DNA of 48,191 nucleotides from Actinomycetota bacterium (GCA_046728055.1 JBKPDU010000020.1:1-48191); one strand, 5' to 3'; counted from the stretch's first letter, positions 37,005-46,123 are shown. The notes: generated by a model not told the origin, from the letters alone. Made by a program: numbers and translations.

Positions 37005-37651
37005 GCGAGCTTCCCGGGTCCCCTGCTTCACAACCACCGCCGTCACGGTTCCACGCCGGACGGTTGGTGCTGGGCCTGGTGGTCGTGGTGATCGGCGTGA
37101 CGGCGCTACTTCAGGCCGCGGGGGTCGCCGACGTTCCATGGAAGGCCGTGCTGCCCGGCTCGTTGATCGCTGTCGGGGTGGGACTGGTGATCGCCGGCCG
37201 ACGCTCCGAGAGCGGCCAGGGGGGCCTGGTGGCCATCGGGATCGTCCTCACGCTCCTGCTTGCGACGGCCTCGGTCGTGGACGTCCCCCTGGAGGGAGGG
37301 GTGGGCGAACGGACCGAGCGCCCAACGTCCCTTTCACAGGTGAAGTCCGAGTACCGCCTGGCCGTCGGGCAGCTCAGGCTGGACCTCACCAGCCTGCCGG
37401 TGCCCCTGTTGGGGTCGGTTCCACCGATCCAAGCACGCGTGGGCGTGGGCCAGCTCGTCGTGGAGCTGCCGTCGGAGCACCCGGCCACCGTGCGGGGACA
37501 CGCGGGGATGGGCCAGGTGACGATCTTCGGCCAGAGCGACGGGGGCTTCGGCGTCGACAAGGACGTCCCCGCGAGCTCGCCGACGGGACGCATCGCGTTC
37601 TCGCTCGACCTGTCGGTGGGTATCGGGGAGGTGCTCGTCCAGCATGGCTGA
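37001..37651 (+). CDS. LiaF-like protein (LiaI-LiaF-type TM region plus C-terminal beta-rich 'Toastrack'/DUF2154-like domain)
   Basis: ATGA overlap with the PspC gene. TM helices 'LVLGLVVVVIGVTALLQAAG' and 'LIAVGVGLVIAG', then 'VGQLRLDLTSL...VGVGQLVVELPSEHPATVRGHAGMGQVTIFG...DLSVGIGEVLV'. The listed ORF begins at 36941. Confidence 0.6.
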   Translation: MSELPGSPASQPPPSRFHAGRLVLGLVVVVIGVTALLQAAGVADVPWKAVLPGSLIAVGVGLVIAGRRSESGQGGLVAIGIVLTLLLATASVVDVPLEGGVGERTERPTSLSQVKSEYRLAVGQLRLDLTSLPVPLLGSVPPIQARVGVGQLVVELPSEHPATVRGHAGMGQVTIFGQSDGGFGVDKDVPASSPTGRIAFSLDLSVGIGEVLVQHG

Positions 37652-37835
37652 GCGCGGGAACCAGACGGCCATCGTGTGGGGCGTGTTCTTCATCGTGGCG
37701 GGGATCGCCTTCCTCCTGGACCGTCTCGACGTCTGGACCCTCCGGGGCCGCTACATCCTTCCGATCCTGTTGATCGTGCTCGGGGCGGCCATCCTCCTCG
37801 GCGGGCGCAGATGGGTGCGCGGGGGGCGCGACTGA
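37644..37835 (+). CDS. Small two-TM membrane protein (LiaI-LiaF-like TM region / DUF5668-like)
   Basis: 63 aa with 'IVWGVFFIVAGIAFLLDRL' and 'ILPILLIVLGAAILLGG'. Overlaps the preceding stop by 8 nt. Confidence 0.5.
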   Translation: MAERGNQTAIVWGVFFIVAGIAFLLDRLDVWTLRGRYILPILLIVLGAAILLGGRRWVRGGRD

Positions 37836-37914
37836 CCGCGTCGCTGTACGGTATCGGAGCGGACCGGTAGGCTGTACCTCTCGTAGACGATTGCAGGCGG
37901 AGGGGAAGGTCATC

Positions 37915-38619
37915 GTGGCTTGGTTGTGGATCGTCCTCGGCGTGGTGGCGCTCGTCGTCATCCTCGGCGTCGTCTCCTACAACCGCTTCGTCTCCGGACG
38001 CCAGCTCATCAGGGACTCGTGGTCCAACATCGACACCGAGCTCCGCCGCCGATACGACCTGATCCCGAACCTCGTCGAGACGGTGAAGGGCTACGCCGCG
38101 CACGAGCGCGGAGTCTTCGAGGAGGTGACCCGGGCCAGGGCGGCGGCCGTCTCGGCCACCGGCAGCCCCGCGGAGCAGGCCGCGGCGGAAGGACCGTTCG
38201 TCGCCGCACTCCGTCAGCTGTTCGCCGTGGTCGAGAACTACCCGGATCTGAAGGCGAACCAGAACTTCCTGGCGCTGCAGTCGGAGCTGTCCAACACCGA
38301 AGACCGGCTTCAGACGGCGCGCCGCTTCTACAACGCGAACGTGCGCGAGTTCAACAGCCGGGTCCAGTCGTTCCCGTCGAACGTGGTCGCCCGAACCTTC
38401 GGATTCAAGGAGGAACAGTTCTTCGAGGTGGAGGAGACCCTCCGGACGGCCGGGCCGCCCCAGGTGAGCTTCGCGCCCGGAGCCCCGTCCGTCTCGTTCG
38501 GGGCGCCGGGCGGCCCGTCGTCCACCCCGGCCTCCACGCCGGCCTCCGCCGGTGGGCCACCGCCCCCGCCCCCGCCGCCTCCCAGCGACCCGGGGCCACC
38601 CGCAGGGTCCCGTCCTTAG
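37915..38619 (+). CDS. lemA: LemA family protein
   Basis: 'WSNIDTELRRRYDLIPNLVETVKGYAAHERGVFEEVTRARA', 'ENYPDLKANQNFLALQSELSNTEDRLQTARRFYNANVREFN'. The GTG at 37915 is preceded by GGCGGAGGGGAAGG; an alternative TTG at 37891 is the listed start. Pro-rich C-terminal tail. Confidence 0.88.
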   Translation: MAWLWIVLGVVALVVILGVVSYNRFVSGRQLIRDSWSNIDTELRRRYDLIPNLVETVKGYAAHERGVFEEVTRARAAAVSATGSPAEQAAAEGPFVAALRQLFAVVENYPDLKANQNFLALQSELSNTEDRLQTARRFYNANVREFNSRVQSFPSNVVARTFGFKEEQFFEVEETLRTAGPPQVSFAPGAPSVSFGAPGGPSSTPASTPASAGGPPPPPPPPPSDPGPPAGSRP

Positions 38620-39911
38620 GCCGCTTCTCGCTCAGCCGTCGCCGTTCCGCAGCCCTCCAGCAGAGTGGCTCGGCGTACGTCGGTCGTGAGCAATGACCAG
38701 ACCGCGGCCCATCCCACGGCGACCACGCCCATGCCCACGGCGGTGACCCGAGGGCTGAAGGCCTCTGCGAGCCACCCCGTCAACAGGCTCGAGAGTCCGA
38801 ACGTGAGCGTCACGAGCATCCCGTCGAAGGCGAAGATCCGTCCGCGGATGCGGTCGGGGACGATCCGCTGAAGCCCGTAGGTGGAGAGCGTCCATTGCGC
38901 GCCTCCTCCCACGTGGGCGAGGGCAACGGTGAGCATGGCCAGCACCAAGCTCGGCACCAACCCGACAAGCGTGTATCCGATACCGAAGACAGCCAGAGCG
39001 ATGGCGATCGCGCCGAAGATCCGGCGATCCTGCGGCCCGAGGGCCGACCTCCCGATGAACGGACCGATCAGCGCACCCACCCCGCGGGAGGCCATGAGCA
39101 GCCCGATCCCGACGTCGCCGGCTTGGAACTGGCGATGCGCCAGGAGCGGGATCAGGACGAGGACGCCTCCGGCGATGCCCCACCCGAACTTCACGGCGAG
39201 CAGGGCGAGCACGCGGTGATCCTTCCGCGCGTACCGGATGGTCTCCACCGTCGCTTCCCCGACGCCGGCGTGGTCCTGTGCCGCGCGCTCCTCTGCGAAC
39301 GGTCGCCGGATCCGCCAGATGAGCCACGCAGAGACAAGGAAGGACACCGCATCGAGGATGAACGCGGTGTCCCTGCCGAAGACGGCGGCCACGATGCCGC
39401 CGAGCGCGGCGCCAACCGCGAGCATCGTGCCCCACAGTGACCCCGACAACGCATTGGCCGTGGCCAGGTCCTCCTCCTCCACCATGTTGGGCAACGCGGC
39501 TGCCGACGCGGGTTCGAAGGCGGCGCTGAACGAGGCCATCACTGCGAGCAGGACGAAGGCGAGCCACACGAGGGAGTCGGTGTGGATGAGCAGGAAGCCG
39601 AGGCACAGGAAAGCGCGGGCCACATCGGCGCCGACCATCAACCGTCGCCGGTCGATGCGGTCCGCCAGGACGCCGGCGACGGGCGAGAGCAGGAAGTACA
39701 TGAGGTCCTCCACGGCCAGGACCAGGGCCACGGCAAGGGCCGAGTCGGTGAAGTGGAGGACCAGCCCGAACAGGGCGACCAGCAAGAACCAGTCGCCTCC
39801 CAGCGAGATCAGGGACGCCGCGTAGAGCCGCCGGAAGTCACGATTTCGGCGGATCAGGGAGATGCTGGCCCGAACGCCTCCCTGGACCTCGACCGGTTCG
39901 CGCGCCGACAC
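38616..39911 (-). CDS. MFS transporter (MFS_3 / EntS-like)
   Basis: 'RRNRDFRRLYAASLISLGGDWFLLVAL', 'GVLADRIDRRRLMV', about 12 TM helices. The only in-frame canonical start near the conserved N-terminus is the GTG at 39911. The listed ORF to 40370 is read-through opposite the MBL gene. Confidence 0.8.
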   Translation of the reverse strand: MSAREPVEVQGGVRASISLIRRNRDFRRLYAASLISLGGDWFLLVALFGLVLHFTDSALAVALVLAVEDLMYFLLSPVAGVLADRIDRRRLMVGADVARAFLCLGFLLIHTDSLVWLAFVLLAVMASFSAAFEPASAAALPNMVEEEDLATANALSGSLWGTMLAVGAALGGIVAAVFGRDTAFILDAVSFLVSAWLIWRIRRPFAEERAAQDHAGVGEATVETIRYARKDHRVLALLAVKFGWGIAGGVLVLIPLLAHRQFQAGDVGIGLLMASRGVGALIGPFIGRSALGPQDRRIFGAIAIALAVFGIGYTLVGLVPSLVLAMLTVALAHVGGGAQWTLSTYGLQRIVPDRIRGRIFAFDGMLVTLTFGLSSLLTGWLAEAFSPRVTAVGMGVVAVGWAAVWSLLTTDVRRATLLEGCGTATAEREAA

Positions 39912-39962
39912 GACGATTTGCCAGACTACAGGGACGCCTGCCGACCGAGGGGGGAGGAGGCC

Positions 39963-40607
39963 ATGCTCGAGCGGTTCACGTGGTTCCGACAATCGGCCAT
40001 GCGGTTCGCCGGCGATGGGCTCACGGTCTACATCGATCCGTGGGGAACTACTGCAGAAGACCTGCCGGCCGACGTCATCCTGGTCACACACGCGCACTCG
40101 GATCACTTCCAGCCGGAGGAGATCGAGAGGCTCAAGGGAGCCGGGACCCAGATCGTCGCTCCACACGACGTTGCCAGGGAGCTTTCGGGGGACGTCATTC
40201 CGGTCGCGCCTGGCGACTCGATCGAGGTCTCCGGGATTAGGGTCCAGGCGGTGCCGGCCTACAACGTGCATCCCGATCGCCTGGACAACCATCCCAAGGC
40301 CAACCGGTGGGTGGGGTACATCCTGGAGCTCGACGGGAATGCCTACTACCACGCCGGCGACACCGACCACGCCCCGGAGCTCGACGGGGTGAGGACGGAT
40401 GTAGCATTCCTGCCGATCGGGGGAACCTACACGATGGAGCCGGCCGAAGCGGCCGGGTTGGCCAAGTCGATCTCACCGCAGATCGCGGTGCCCATGCACT
40501 ACGGGTTCATCGTCGGTTCGCCAAAGGACGCCGAGACCTTCCGGCTGGAGGCGAAGCCCGTGACCGTCGAGGTGCTCACCCCGGTGAATCCGTTCGAGCG
40601 GGGCTGA
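39963..40607 (+). CDS. MBL-fold metallo-hydrolase
   Basis: 'ADVILVTHAHSDHF' (HxHxDH), 'YHAGDT', 'AVPMHYG'. ATG at 39963 within listed ORF 39582..40607. Confidence 0.85.
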   Translation: MLERFTWFRQSAMRFAGDGLTVYIDPWGTTAEDLPADVILVTHAHSDHFQPEEIERLKGAGTQIVAPHDVARELSGDVIPVAPGDSIEVSGIRVQAVPAYNVHPDRLDNHPKANRWVGYILELDGNAYYHAGDTDHAPELDGVRTDVAFLPIGGTYTMEPAEAAGLAKSISPQIAVPMHYGFIVGSPKDAETFRLEAKPVTVEVLTPVNPFERG

Positions 40608-40625
40608 CGGAAGGAGAGGATCGCG

Positions 40626-41531
40626 ATGGAGCTCGGATACGACGGCCCGCTGTACATCCTGGCGTTCGACCACCGCGGCTCGTTCCAGAAGAAGTTCTTC
40701 GGCGTCACGGGGGAGCCAACCGCGCAGGAGGCCGAGCGGATCTCCGACGCGAAGCAGGTCATCTTCGAGGGATTCCTCCACGCCCTGGATCACGGTGCGG
40801 ACCGGACGAGCTCGGGACTGCTCGTCGACGAGCAGTTCGGCGCCACGATCGCGCGCAGGGCCAAGGCGGACGCTCTGGTCCTGGCCATGCCCGTGGAGAA
40901 GTCGGGACAGGACGAGTTCGACTTCGAGTACGGCGACGAATACGGCAAGCACATCGAGGAGTTCGACCCCATCTTCACCAAGGTCCTGGTCCGATTCAAC
41001 CCGGCTGGCGACGGGGCGATGAACGAGCGCCAGGCCAAGCGACTGCGCGAGCTCTCGGACTGGCTGCATGAGCGAGGCCGGAAGTTCCTGTTCGAGCTCC
41101 TGGTCCCGGCCACGACGGAACAGCTTGGATCGGTGGGCGATGATGCCGACCGATTCGACAAGGAGCTCCGTCCCGAGCTCATGCGGGCGGCGATCGCCGA
41201 GCTCCAACAGTCCGGGGTGGAGCCCGACGTCTGGAAGATCGAGGGGATCGACCGGCGCGAGGACTGCGAGGCCATCGCCACGCAGACCCGGGTGGGCGGC
41301 CGGGACAACGTGGCGTGCGTCGTCCTCGGCCGTGGGGCCGACGAGGCCGCCGTCGACCACTGGCTCCGAACGGGAGCCGGTGTTCCCGGATATGTCGGGT
41401 TCGCCATCGGTCGGACCATCTGGTGGAACCCGCTGAAGGAGTTCGTGGACGGCACCGCCCCGCGCGAGGATGCGGCGGCCCGCATCTCCGCGAACTACCG
41501 GCGGTTCGTCGACGTGTACGAGGGACGATAG
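40626..41531 (+). CDS. DUF2090-type aldolase-like protein (2-deoxy-5-keto-D-gluconate-6-phosphate aldolase domain family)
   Basis: 'LYILAFDHRGSFQKKFFG', 'FLFELLVP', 'DVWKIEG', 'VPGYVGFAIGRTIWW'. The family assignment is from memory of the stand-alone/IolC-fused DUF2090 domain. Strong SD GGAAGGAGAGGA. Confidence 0.65.
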   Translation: MELGYDGPLYILAFDHRGSFQKKFFGVTGEPTAQEAERISDAKQVIFEGFLHALDHGADRTSSGLLVDEQFGATIARRAKADALVLAMPVEKSGQDEFDFEYGDEYGKHIEEFDPIFTKVLVRFNPAGDGAMNERQAKRLRELSDWLHERGRKFLFELLVPATTEQLGSVGDDADRFDKELRPELMRAAIAELQQSGVEPDVWKIEGIDRREDCEAIATQTRVGGRDNVACVVLGRGADEAAVDHWLRTGAGVPGYVGFAIGRTIWWNPLKEFVDGTAPREDAAARISANYRRFVDVYEGR

Positions 41532-41543
41532 GAGGAAGGTGCG

Positions 41544-41747
41544 ATGGCGGTCATCAAGACGATCGATCTGGTCGGCGTGTCCTCGGAGTCGTGGAGGGAC
41601 GCCGCGCACCAGGCGCTGAACGAAGCGTCGAAGACGATCCGCGGGATCGAGGGGATGGACATCATCGGTACCTCGGCCGTGGTCAACGGCAACAGGATCA
41701 CCGAGTACCACACACATGTGGAGATCCGGTTCCGCCTGGAGCGATGA
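41544..41747 (+). CDS. Dodecin-family flavin-binding protein
   Basis: 67 aa: 'VIKTIDLVGVSSESWRDAAHQALNEASKTIRGIEGMDIIG...ITEYHTHVEIRFRLE'. Size and pattern match bacterial dodecins. Confidence 0.8.
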   Translation: MAVIKTIDLVGVSSESWRDAAHQALNEASKTIRGIEGMDIIGTSAVVNGNRITEYHTHVEIRFRLER

Positions 41748-41759
41748 GCAGGGGCGTTC

Positions 41760-43034
41760 ATGCCGGCCTCGATCGTCGTCGGGACGCAGTGGGGGGACGA
41801 GGGTAAGGGGAAGGTCACCGACTATCTGGCGGACCAGATGCGGTTCGTCGTTCGGTACCAGGGCGGCAACAACGCCGGTCACACCGTGGTGGCCGAAGGG
41901 CACCTCCTGAAGTTGCACCTCGTCCCCTCCGGGATCCTGTATCCCCATCTCACCTCGGTCATCGCAGACGGCGTGGTCGTTGATCCCGGCGTCTTACTTG
42001 AAGAGATGGACACGCTGTCCGGCCTGGGGATCGACGTGTCACGCCTCGTCGTGTCGGACAACGCCCACCTGATCATGCCCTATCACCTGGAGCTGGAGAA
42101 GGTGACCGAGCGCCATCTCGGCAAGCATGCGCTGGGGACGACGAAGCGGGGCATCGGGCCCGCCTACGCGGACAAGGCCGCTCGGATCGGCCTCCGGCTC
42201 CAGGATCTGTTCGATCCGAAGATCTTCCGGGAGAAGCTCGAGGTCGTGCTGAAGGAGAAGAACCTCCTGTTGACCAAGGTCTACAATCGGTTGCCGCTCT
42301 CGGCCGCGACCATCGTCGATGAGTACCGGGCTCACGGCGAGCGATTACAACCCCACGTGACCGACACGTCCAGGTTGCTCTACGACGGCCTGCGTGCCGG
42401 CGAGAGCGTCCTGTTCGAAGGGGCGCAGGGAACGCTCCTCGACCTGGACCATGGGACGTACCCGTTCGTCACGTCCTCGAATCCGGTCGCCGGGTTCGCC
42501 CTGGCCTCTGCCGGGGTGGGCCCGATGGAGGTTGACCGCGTGATCGGCGTGACCAAGGCCTACGTCACCAGGGTCGGATCGGGGCCGTTCCCCACCGAGG
42601 ATCCGGGACCCGACGGCGAACGACTGCGGGAGGCGGGAAAGGAGTTCGGCGCCACCACCGGACGCAAGCGACGGTGCGGATGGTTCGATGCCCTCCTGGT
42701 TCGGTACGCTGCGCGGCTGAACGGCCTGTCCGAGATCTTCCTGACCAAGCTCGACGTTCTCTCGGGGTTCCGCGCGATCAAGGTCTGCACCGGATACGTC
42801 GCGGACGGCGAGACCTTCGACGACGTCCCATCGCACCAATCGCTGTTCCACCGGGCCCGGCCGGTGTACGAGGAGTTGGAAGGGTGGGACGAGTCGCTGT
42901 CCGAGGCTCGCTCGTACGCCAACCTTCCGCCGGCGGCCCGAAGGTACGTGGAACGGCTCCAGGACCTTGCCGGGGTGCGGATCGGCGTGGTCTCCGTCGG
43001 CCCGGCCCGTGAGCAGAGCCTGCCCGTGGCATGA
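41760..43034 (+). CDS. purA: Adenylosuccinate synthase
   Basis: 'VVGTQWGDEGKGKVTDYLA', 'GGNNAGHTV', 'GTTKRGIGPAYADK', 'GATTGRKRRCGWFD'. Confidence 0.96.
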   Translation: MPASIVVGTQWGDEGKGKVTDYLADQMRFVVRYQGGNNAGHTVVAEGHLLKLHLVPSGILYPHLTSVIADGVVVDPGVLLEEMDTLSGLGIDVSRLVVSDNAHLIMPYHLELEKVTERHLGKHALGTTKRGIGPAYADKAARIGLRLQDLFDPKIFREKLEVVLKEKNLLLTKVYNRLPLSAATIVDEYRAHGERLQPHVTDTSRLLYDGLRAGESVLFEGAQGTLLDLDHGTYPFVTSSNPVAGFALASAGVGPMEVDRVIGVTKAYVTRVGSGPFPTEDPGPDGERLREAGKEFGATTGRKRRCGWFDALLVRYAARLNGLSEIFLTKLDVLSGFRAIKVCTGYVADGETFDDVPSHQSLFHRARPVYEELEGWDESLSEARSYANLPPAARRYVERLQDLAGVRIGVVSVGPAREQSLPVA

Positions 43035-44305
43035 GGATCCTCGTGGTCGGTGGCGGAGGGCGAGAGCACGCCCTGGTGTGGCGCCTGGCCCAGAACCCCA
43101 CGGTCGACCGGTTGTTCGCCGCACCAGGCAATCCGGGGATCGCCGACGATGCTACGTGCGTTGCGGTGGATGCGGACGACGCGGCCGGCATCCTCGACCT
43201 GGTCCAGCGGGAGTCGATCGACCTCACCGTGGTGGGGCCGGAGACGCCACTCGTCAAGGGCCTGGTGGACGAGCTGCACGCCGAGGGGCACCGGGCGTTC
43301 GGTCCCATCAGGGCGGCCGCGCGGATCGAGGGGTCGAAGGCCTGGGCCAAGGAGCTGTGCCACAAGTACGGGATCCCCGCCGCGCGTTCCCGGTCGTTCT
43401 CCGATCTGGACGAGGCCGTCGGGTACCTGGACGAGCTGCAGCCGCCGTACGTGATCAAGGCCGACGGGCTCGCCGCCGGCAAGGGCGTGGTCATCGCCGA
43501 CGATCGGTGGGGCGCCATCGCCGCTCTGCGAGCGTGCCTCATCGAACGGGCCTACGGCGAGGCCGGATCGGTCGTTCTGGTCGAGGAGCACCTCACCGGC
43601 AGGGAGGTCTCGGCCTTCGGCCTGACCGACGGCCGCGAGGTGGTCCCGCTCGTCCTGGCTCAGGACTTCAAGCGGGCAGGCGACCACGACTCGGGACCGA
43701 ATACCGGAGGCATGGGGGCCTACTCCCCGGTCCCGTGGATCGCCGAGTCCGTCGAACGGCGCATCTGGAACGACGTGCTGGTCGGGACGGTGCGGGCGAT
43801 GGAGTCGGAGGGGGTCCGGTACACGGGCCTTCTCTACGCCGGTCTCGTGGTCACCGAGGACGGTCCCAAGGTCCTCGAGTTCAACTGCCGGTTCGGCGAC
43901 CCCGAGACCCAGGCCATCGTGCCCCGTCTGCGTTCGGACCTCGGCGAGATGCTGTTGGCTTCGGTCGAGGGAAACATCGGCAACTACAAAGCGCTGTGGA
44001 CACCAGACGTCTGCGTCACGGTCGTGCTGGCTTCGGGCGGATACCCGGGGCCGTACGAGACCGGGTTCGTGATCCACGGCCTCGACGAAGCCCGCGCGGT
44101 CGAAGATGTCGTCATCTTCCACGCCGGGACGGCGAACCGACGGGGTAGAGTGGTCACCGCGGGGGGACGGGTCCTCGCGGTGAGCGCACTCGGCGCCACG
44201 GCGAAGGAGGCGCGGGATCGCGCGTATCTAGCGTGTTCGCGGATCTCCTTCCCCGGGATGCAATACCGCAGGGATATCGGGGCAGAGATGACGGAGGATG
44301 CATGA
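43031..44305 (+). CDS. purD: Phosphoribosylamine--glycine ligase
   Basis: 'MRILVVGGGGREHALVWRLAQ', 'VIKADGLAAGKGV', 'EFNCRFGDPE'. ATGA overlap with purA. Confidence 0.95.
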   Translation: MRILVVGGGGREHALVWRLAQNPTVDRLFAAPGNPGIADDATCVAVDADDAAGILDLVQRESIDLTVVGPETPLVKGLVDELHAEGHRAFGPIRAAARIEGSKAWAKELCHKYGIPAARSRSFSDLDEAVGYLDELQPPYVIKADGLAAGKGVVIADDRWGAIAALRACLIERAYGEAGSVVLVEEHLTGREVSAFGLTDGREVVPLVLAQDFKRAGDHDSGPNTGGMGAYSPVPWIAESVERRIWNDVLVGTVRAMESEGVRYTGLLYAGLVVTEDGPKVLEFNCRFGDPETQAIVPRLRSDLGEMLLASVEGNIGNYKALWTPDVCVTVVLASGGYPGPYETGFVIHGLDEARAVEDVVIFHAGTANRRGRVVTAGGRVLAVSALGATAKEARDRAYLACSRISFPGMQYRRDIGAEMTEDA

Positions 44306-44775
44306 GACGAGACACGCCGGTGGTGGGCGTGCTGGCCGCATCGCCCGCCGAGCTCTCCGTCATGCAGCAGGCCACGGCGATCCTGGAGAAGCTGGAGCTC
44401 CCTCACGAGATCCGGGTGATGTCGTCCTCACGCCACCCCGACCTCGTGGACGAGTACGTTCGCACGGCGTTCGACCGGGGACTGAAGGTGCTCGTCTGCA
44501 CGACCGGCATCACCGGCCATCTGGCGGCCGCTGCCGCCGCCCGCACGGTCCTGCCGGTGATCGGAGTCCCCATCGCCAGCGACCAGATGGGGGGTGAGCA
44601 GGCCCTGATCGTGACGGCACAGATGCCGGCCGGCGTTCCAGTGGCCACCGTGGGGGTCGATGCCGCGGTGAACGCGGCCGTCTTGGCGGCGGAGATCGTC
44701 GGGGTGGCCGAACCCGAGATCCAGGCCCGGCTGTGGAAGTTCAAGGACGACCTGGCGGAGGGCCTCAGGCTGTGA
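44302..44775 (+). CDS. PurE-like protein (AIR carboxylase/N5-CAIR mutase fold) with divergent active-site motifs
   Basis: Colinear with the PurE fold: 'VVGVLAASPAELSVMQ', 'VMSSSRHP', 'LVCTTGITGHLAAAAAA', 'LPVIGVPI', 'QMPAGVPVATVGV'. The canonical 'GSxSD', 'SAHR' and 'GGAAHLPG' motifs are all altered (see findings). ATGA overlap with purD. Confidence 0.72.
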   Translation: MRRDTPVVGVLAASPAELSVMQQATAILEKLELPHEIRVMSSSRHPDLVDEYVRTAFDRGLKVLVCTTGITGHLAAAAAARTVLPVIGVPIASDQMGGEQALIVTAQMPAGVPVATVGVDAAVNAAVLAAEIVGVAEPEIQARLWKFKDDLAEGLRL

Positions 44776-44809
44776 GGGAAGGCTCTGTCCTGCCGCGAGG
44801 TGGGCGGCG

Positions 44810-46123
44810 ATGATCCCTCGATACACGCTGCCCGAGGTGGCAGCCGTTTGGTCGGATGAGACTCGACTGAGCCATTGGCTCGAGATCGAGATCCTCGCGG
44901 TCGAGGCGTGGGCCCGTCTGGGCGCGGTGCCTGGGGAGGATGCCCGGGCCGTCCGCGAACGCGCATCCTTCACCGTCGAGCGCGTGCGTGCCTTGGAGGA
45001 GATCACCAGGCACGATGTGGCAGCCTTCGTCCAGTGCGTGGCCGAGTCGGTCGGGCCAGCGGGGAGGTGGATCCACTTCGGCCTGACCTCCTCCGATGTG
45101 CTGGACACCGGGTTCGCCCTGCAGCTCCGTCAGGCAGCCGACCTCCTGCTCGCTGGGACCGAGCGGTTGCTCGTCTCGTTGAAACGCATGGCGTTGGAGC
45201 ACCGCGACACCGTCATGGTCGGACGAACCCACGGGGTGCACGCCGAACCGACCAGCTTCGGACACAAGCTCGCCCTGTGGGCATTCGAGGTCGATCGGGG
45301 CCGCGAGCGTCTGCGGCGAGCTCGGGAGGCGGTCTCGGTGGGCAAGGTGTCGGGGGCCGTCGGGACCTACGCTCACCTCGACCCCCGGGTGGAGGAGCAC
45401 GTATGCGGTGAGCTCGGGCTTCGACCGGTCGAGGCCAGCGGCCAGGTCATACCCCGCGATCGCCATGCCGAGTACATGGCGGCCCTCGCGGTCCTCGCCT
45501 CGTCGCTCGACGCGATGGCCACCGAGATCCGCCACCTGGCCAGGACCGAGGTCCGGGAGGTGCAGGAGCCCTTCGCACCGGGGCAGCGGGGTTCGTCGGC
45601 GATGCCCCACAAGCGCAACCCCGTTCGCTGCGAGCGGATCACCGGGTTGGCCCGAGTGGTCCGTGCCGACGTGCAGCCTGCCTTGGAGAACGTCGTGCTG
45701 TGGCATGAGCGCGACATCTCGCACTCCTCGGCGGAGCGGGTGGTCTTCCCCGACGCGACCGCAGCGCTGCACTTCATGCTGGCCGAGCTCGGGGAGGTGC
45801 TCGACGGGCTCGAAGTCTTCCCGGAGCGGATGCGGTCCAACCTGAACATGGGTGGTGGCCTCGTGTACTCGCAGGCCGTGTTGCTCGGGCTGGTGGAACG
45901 GGGCATGCCTCGGGAAGATGCGTACCGGATCGTGCAGGCCGCGGCGGCCGTTGCGTGGGACGAGGGAAAGGACTTCAGGCAGGAGCTCCTGTCCCAACCC
46001 GAGGTCGCACAGCTGCTGAGTACCGAGGATCTCGGGGCCGTGTTCGACCCCAGCCGGTACCTTCGGAACCTGGACGTGGTGTTCGCCCGCCTGGCCAAGC
46101 TCAGCGTCGCTGGGGAGCCGTGA
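44810..46123 (+). CDS. purB: Adenylosuccinate lyase
   Basis: 'MIPRYTLPEV', 'HFGLTSSDVLDT', signature 'GSSAMPHKRNP'. Confidence 0.95.
   Translation: MIPRYTLPEVAAVWSDETRLSHWLEIEILAVEAWARLGAVPGEDARAVRERASFTVERVRALEEITRHDVAAFVQCVAESVGPAGRWIHFGLTSSDVLDTGFALQLRQAADLLLAGTERLLVSLKRMALEHRDTVMVGRTHGVHAEPTSFGHKLALWAFEVDRGRERLRRAREAVSVGKVSGAVGTYAHLDPRVEEHVCGELGLRPVEASGQVIPRDRHAEYMAALAVLASSLDAMATEIRHLARTEVREVQEPFAPGQRGSSAMPHKRNPVRCERITGLARVVRADVQPALENVVLWHERDISHSSAERVVFPDATAALHFMLAELGEVLDGLEVFPERMRSNLNMGGGLVYSQAVLLGLVERGMPREDAYRIVQAAAAVAWDEGKDFRQELLSQPEVAQLLSTEDLGAVFDPSRYLRNLDVVFARLAKLSVAGEP

Noticed and set aside
38616-38619. Convergent lemA (+) and MFS (-) genes overlap by 4 nt at their stop codons (TTAG read as TAG on plus and TAA on minus).
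   Set aside because: This is a real observation, but such tail-to-tail overlaps occur by chance in compact genomes. No functional inference is justified.
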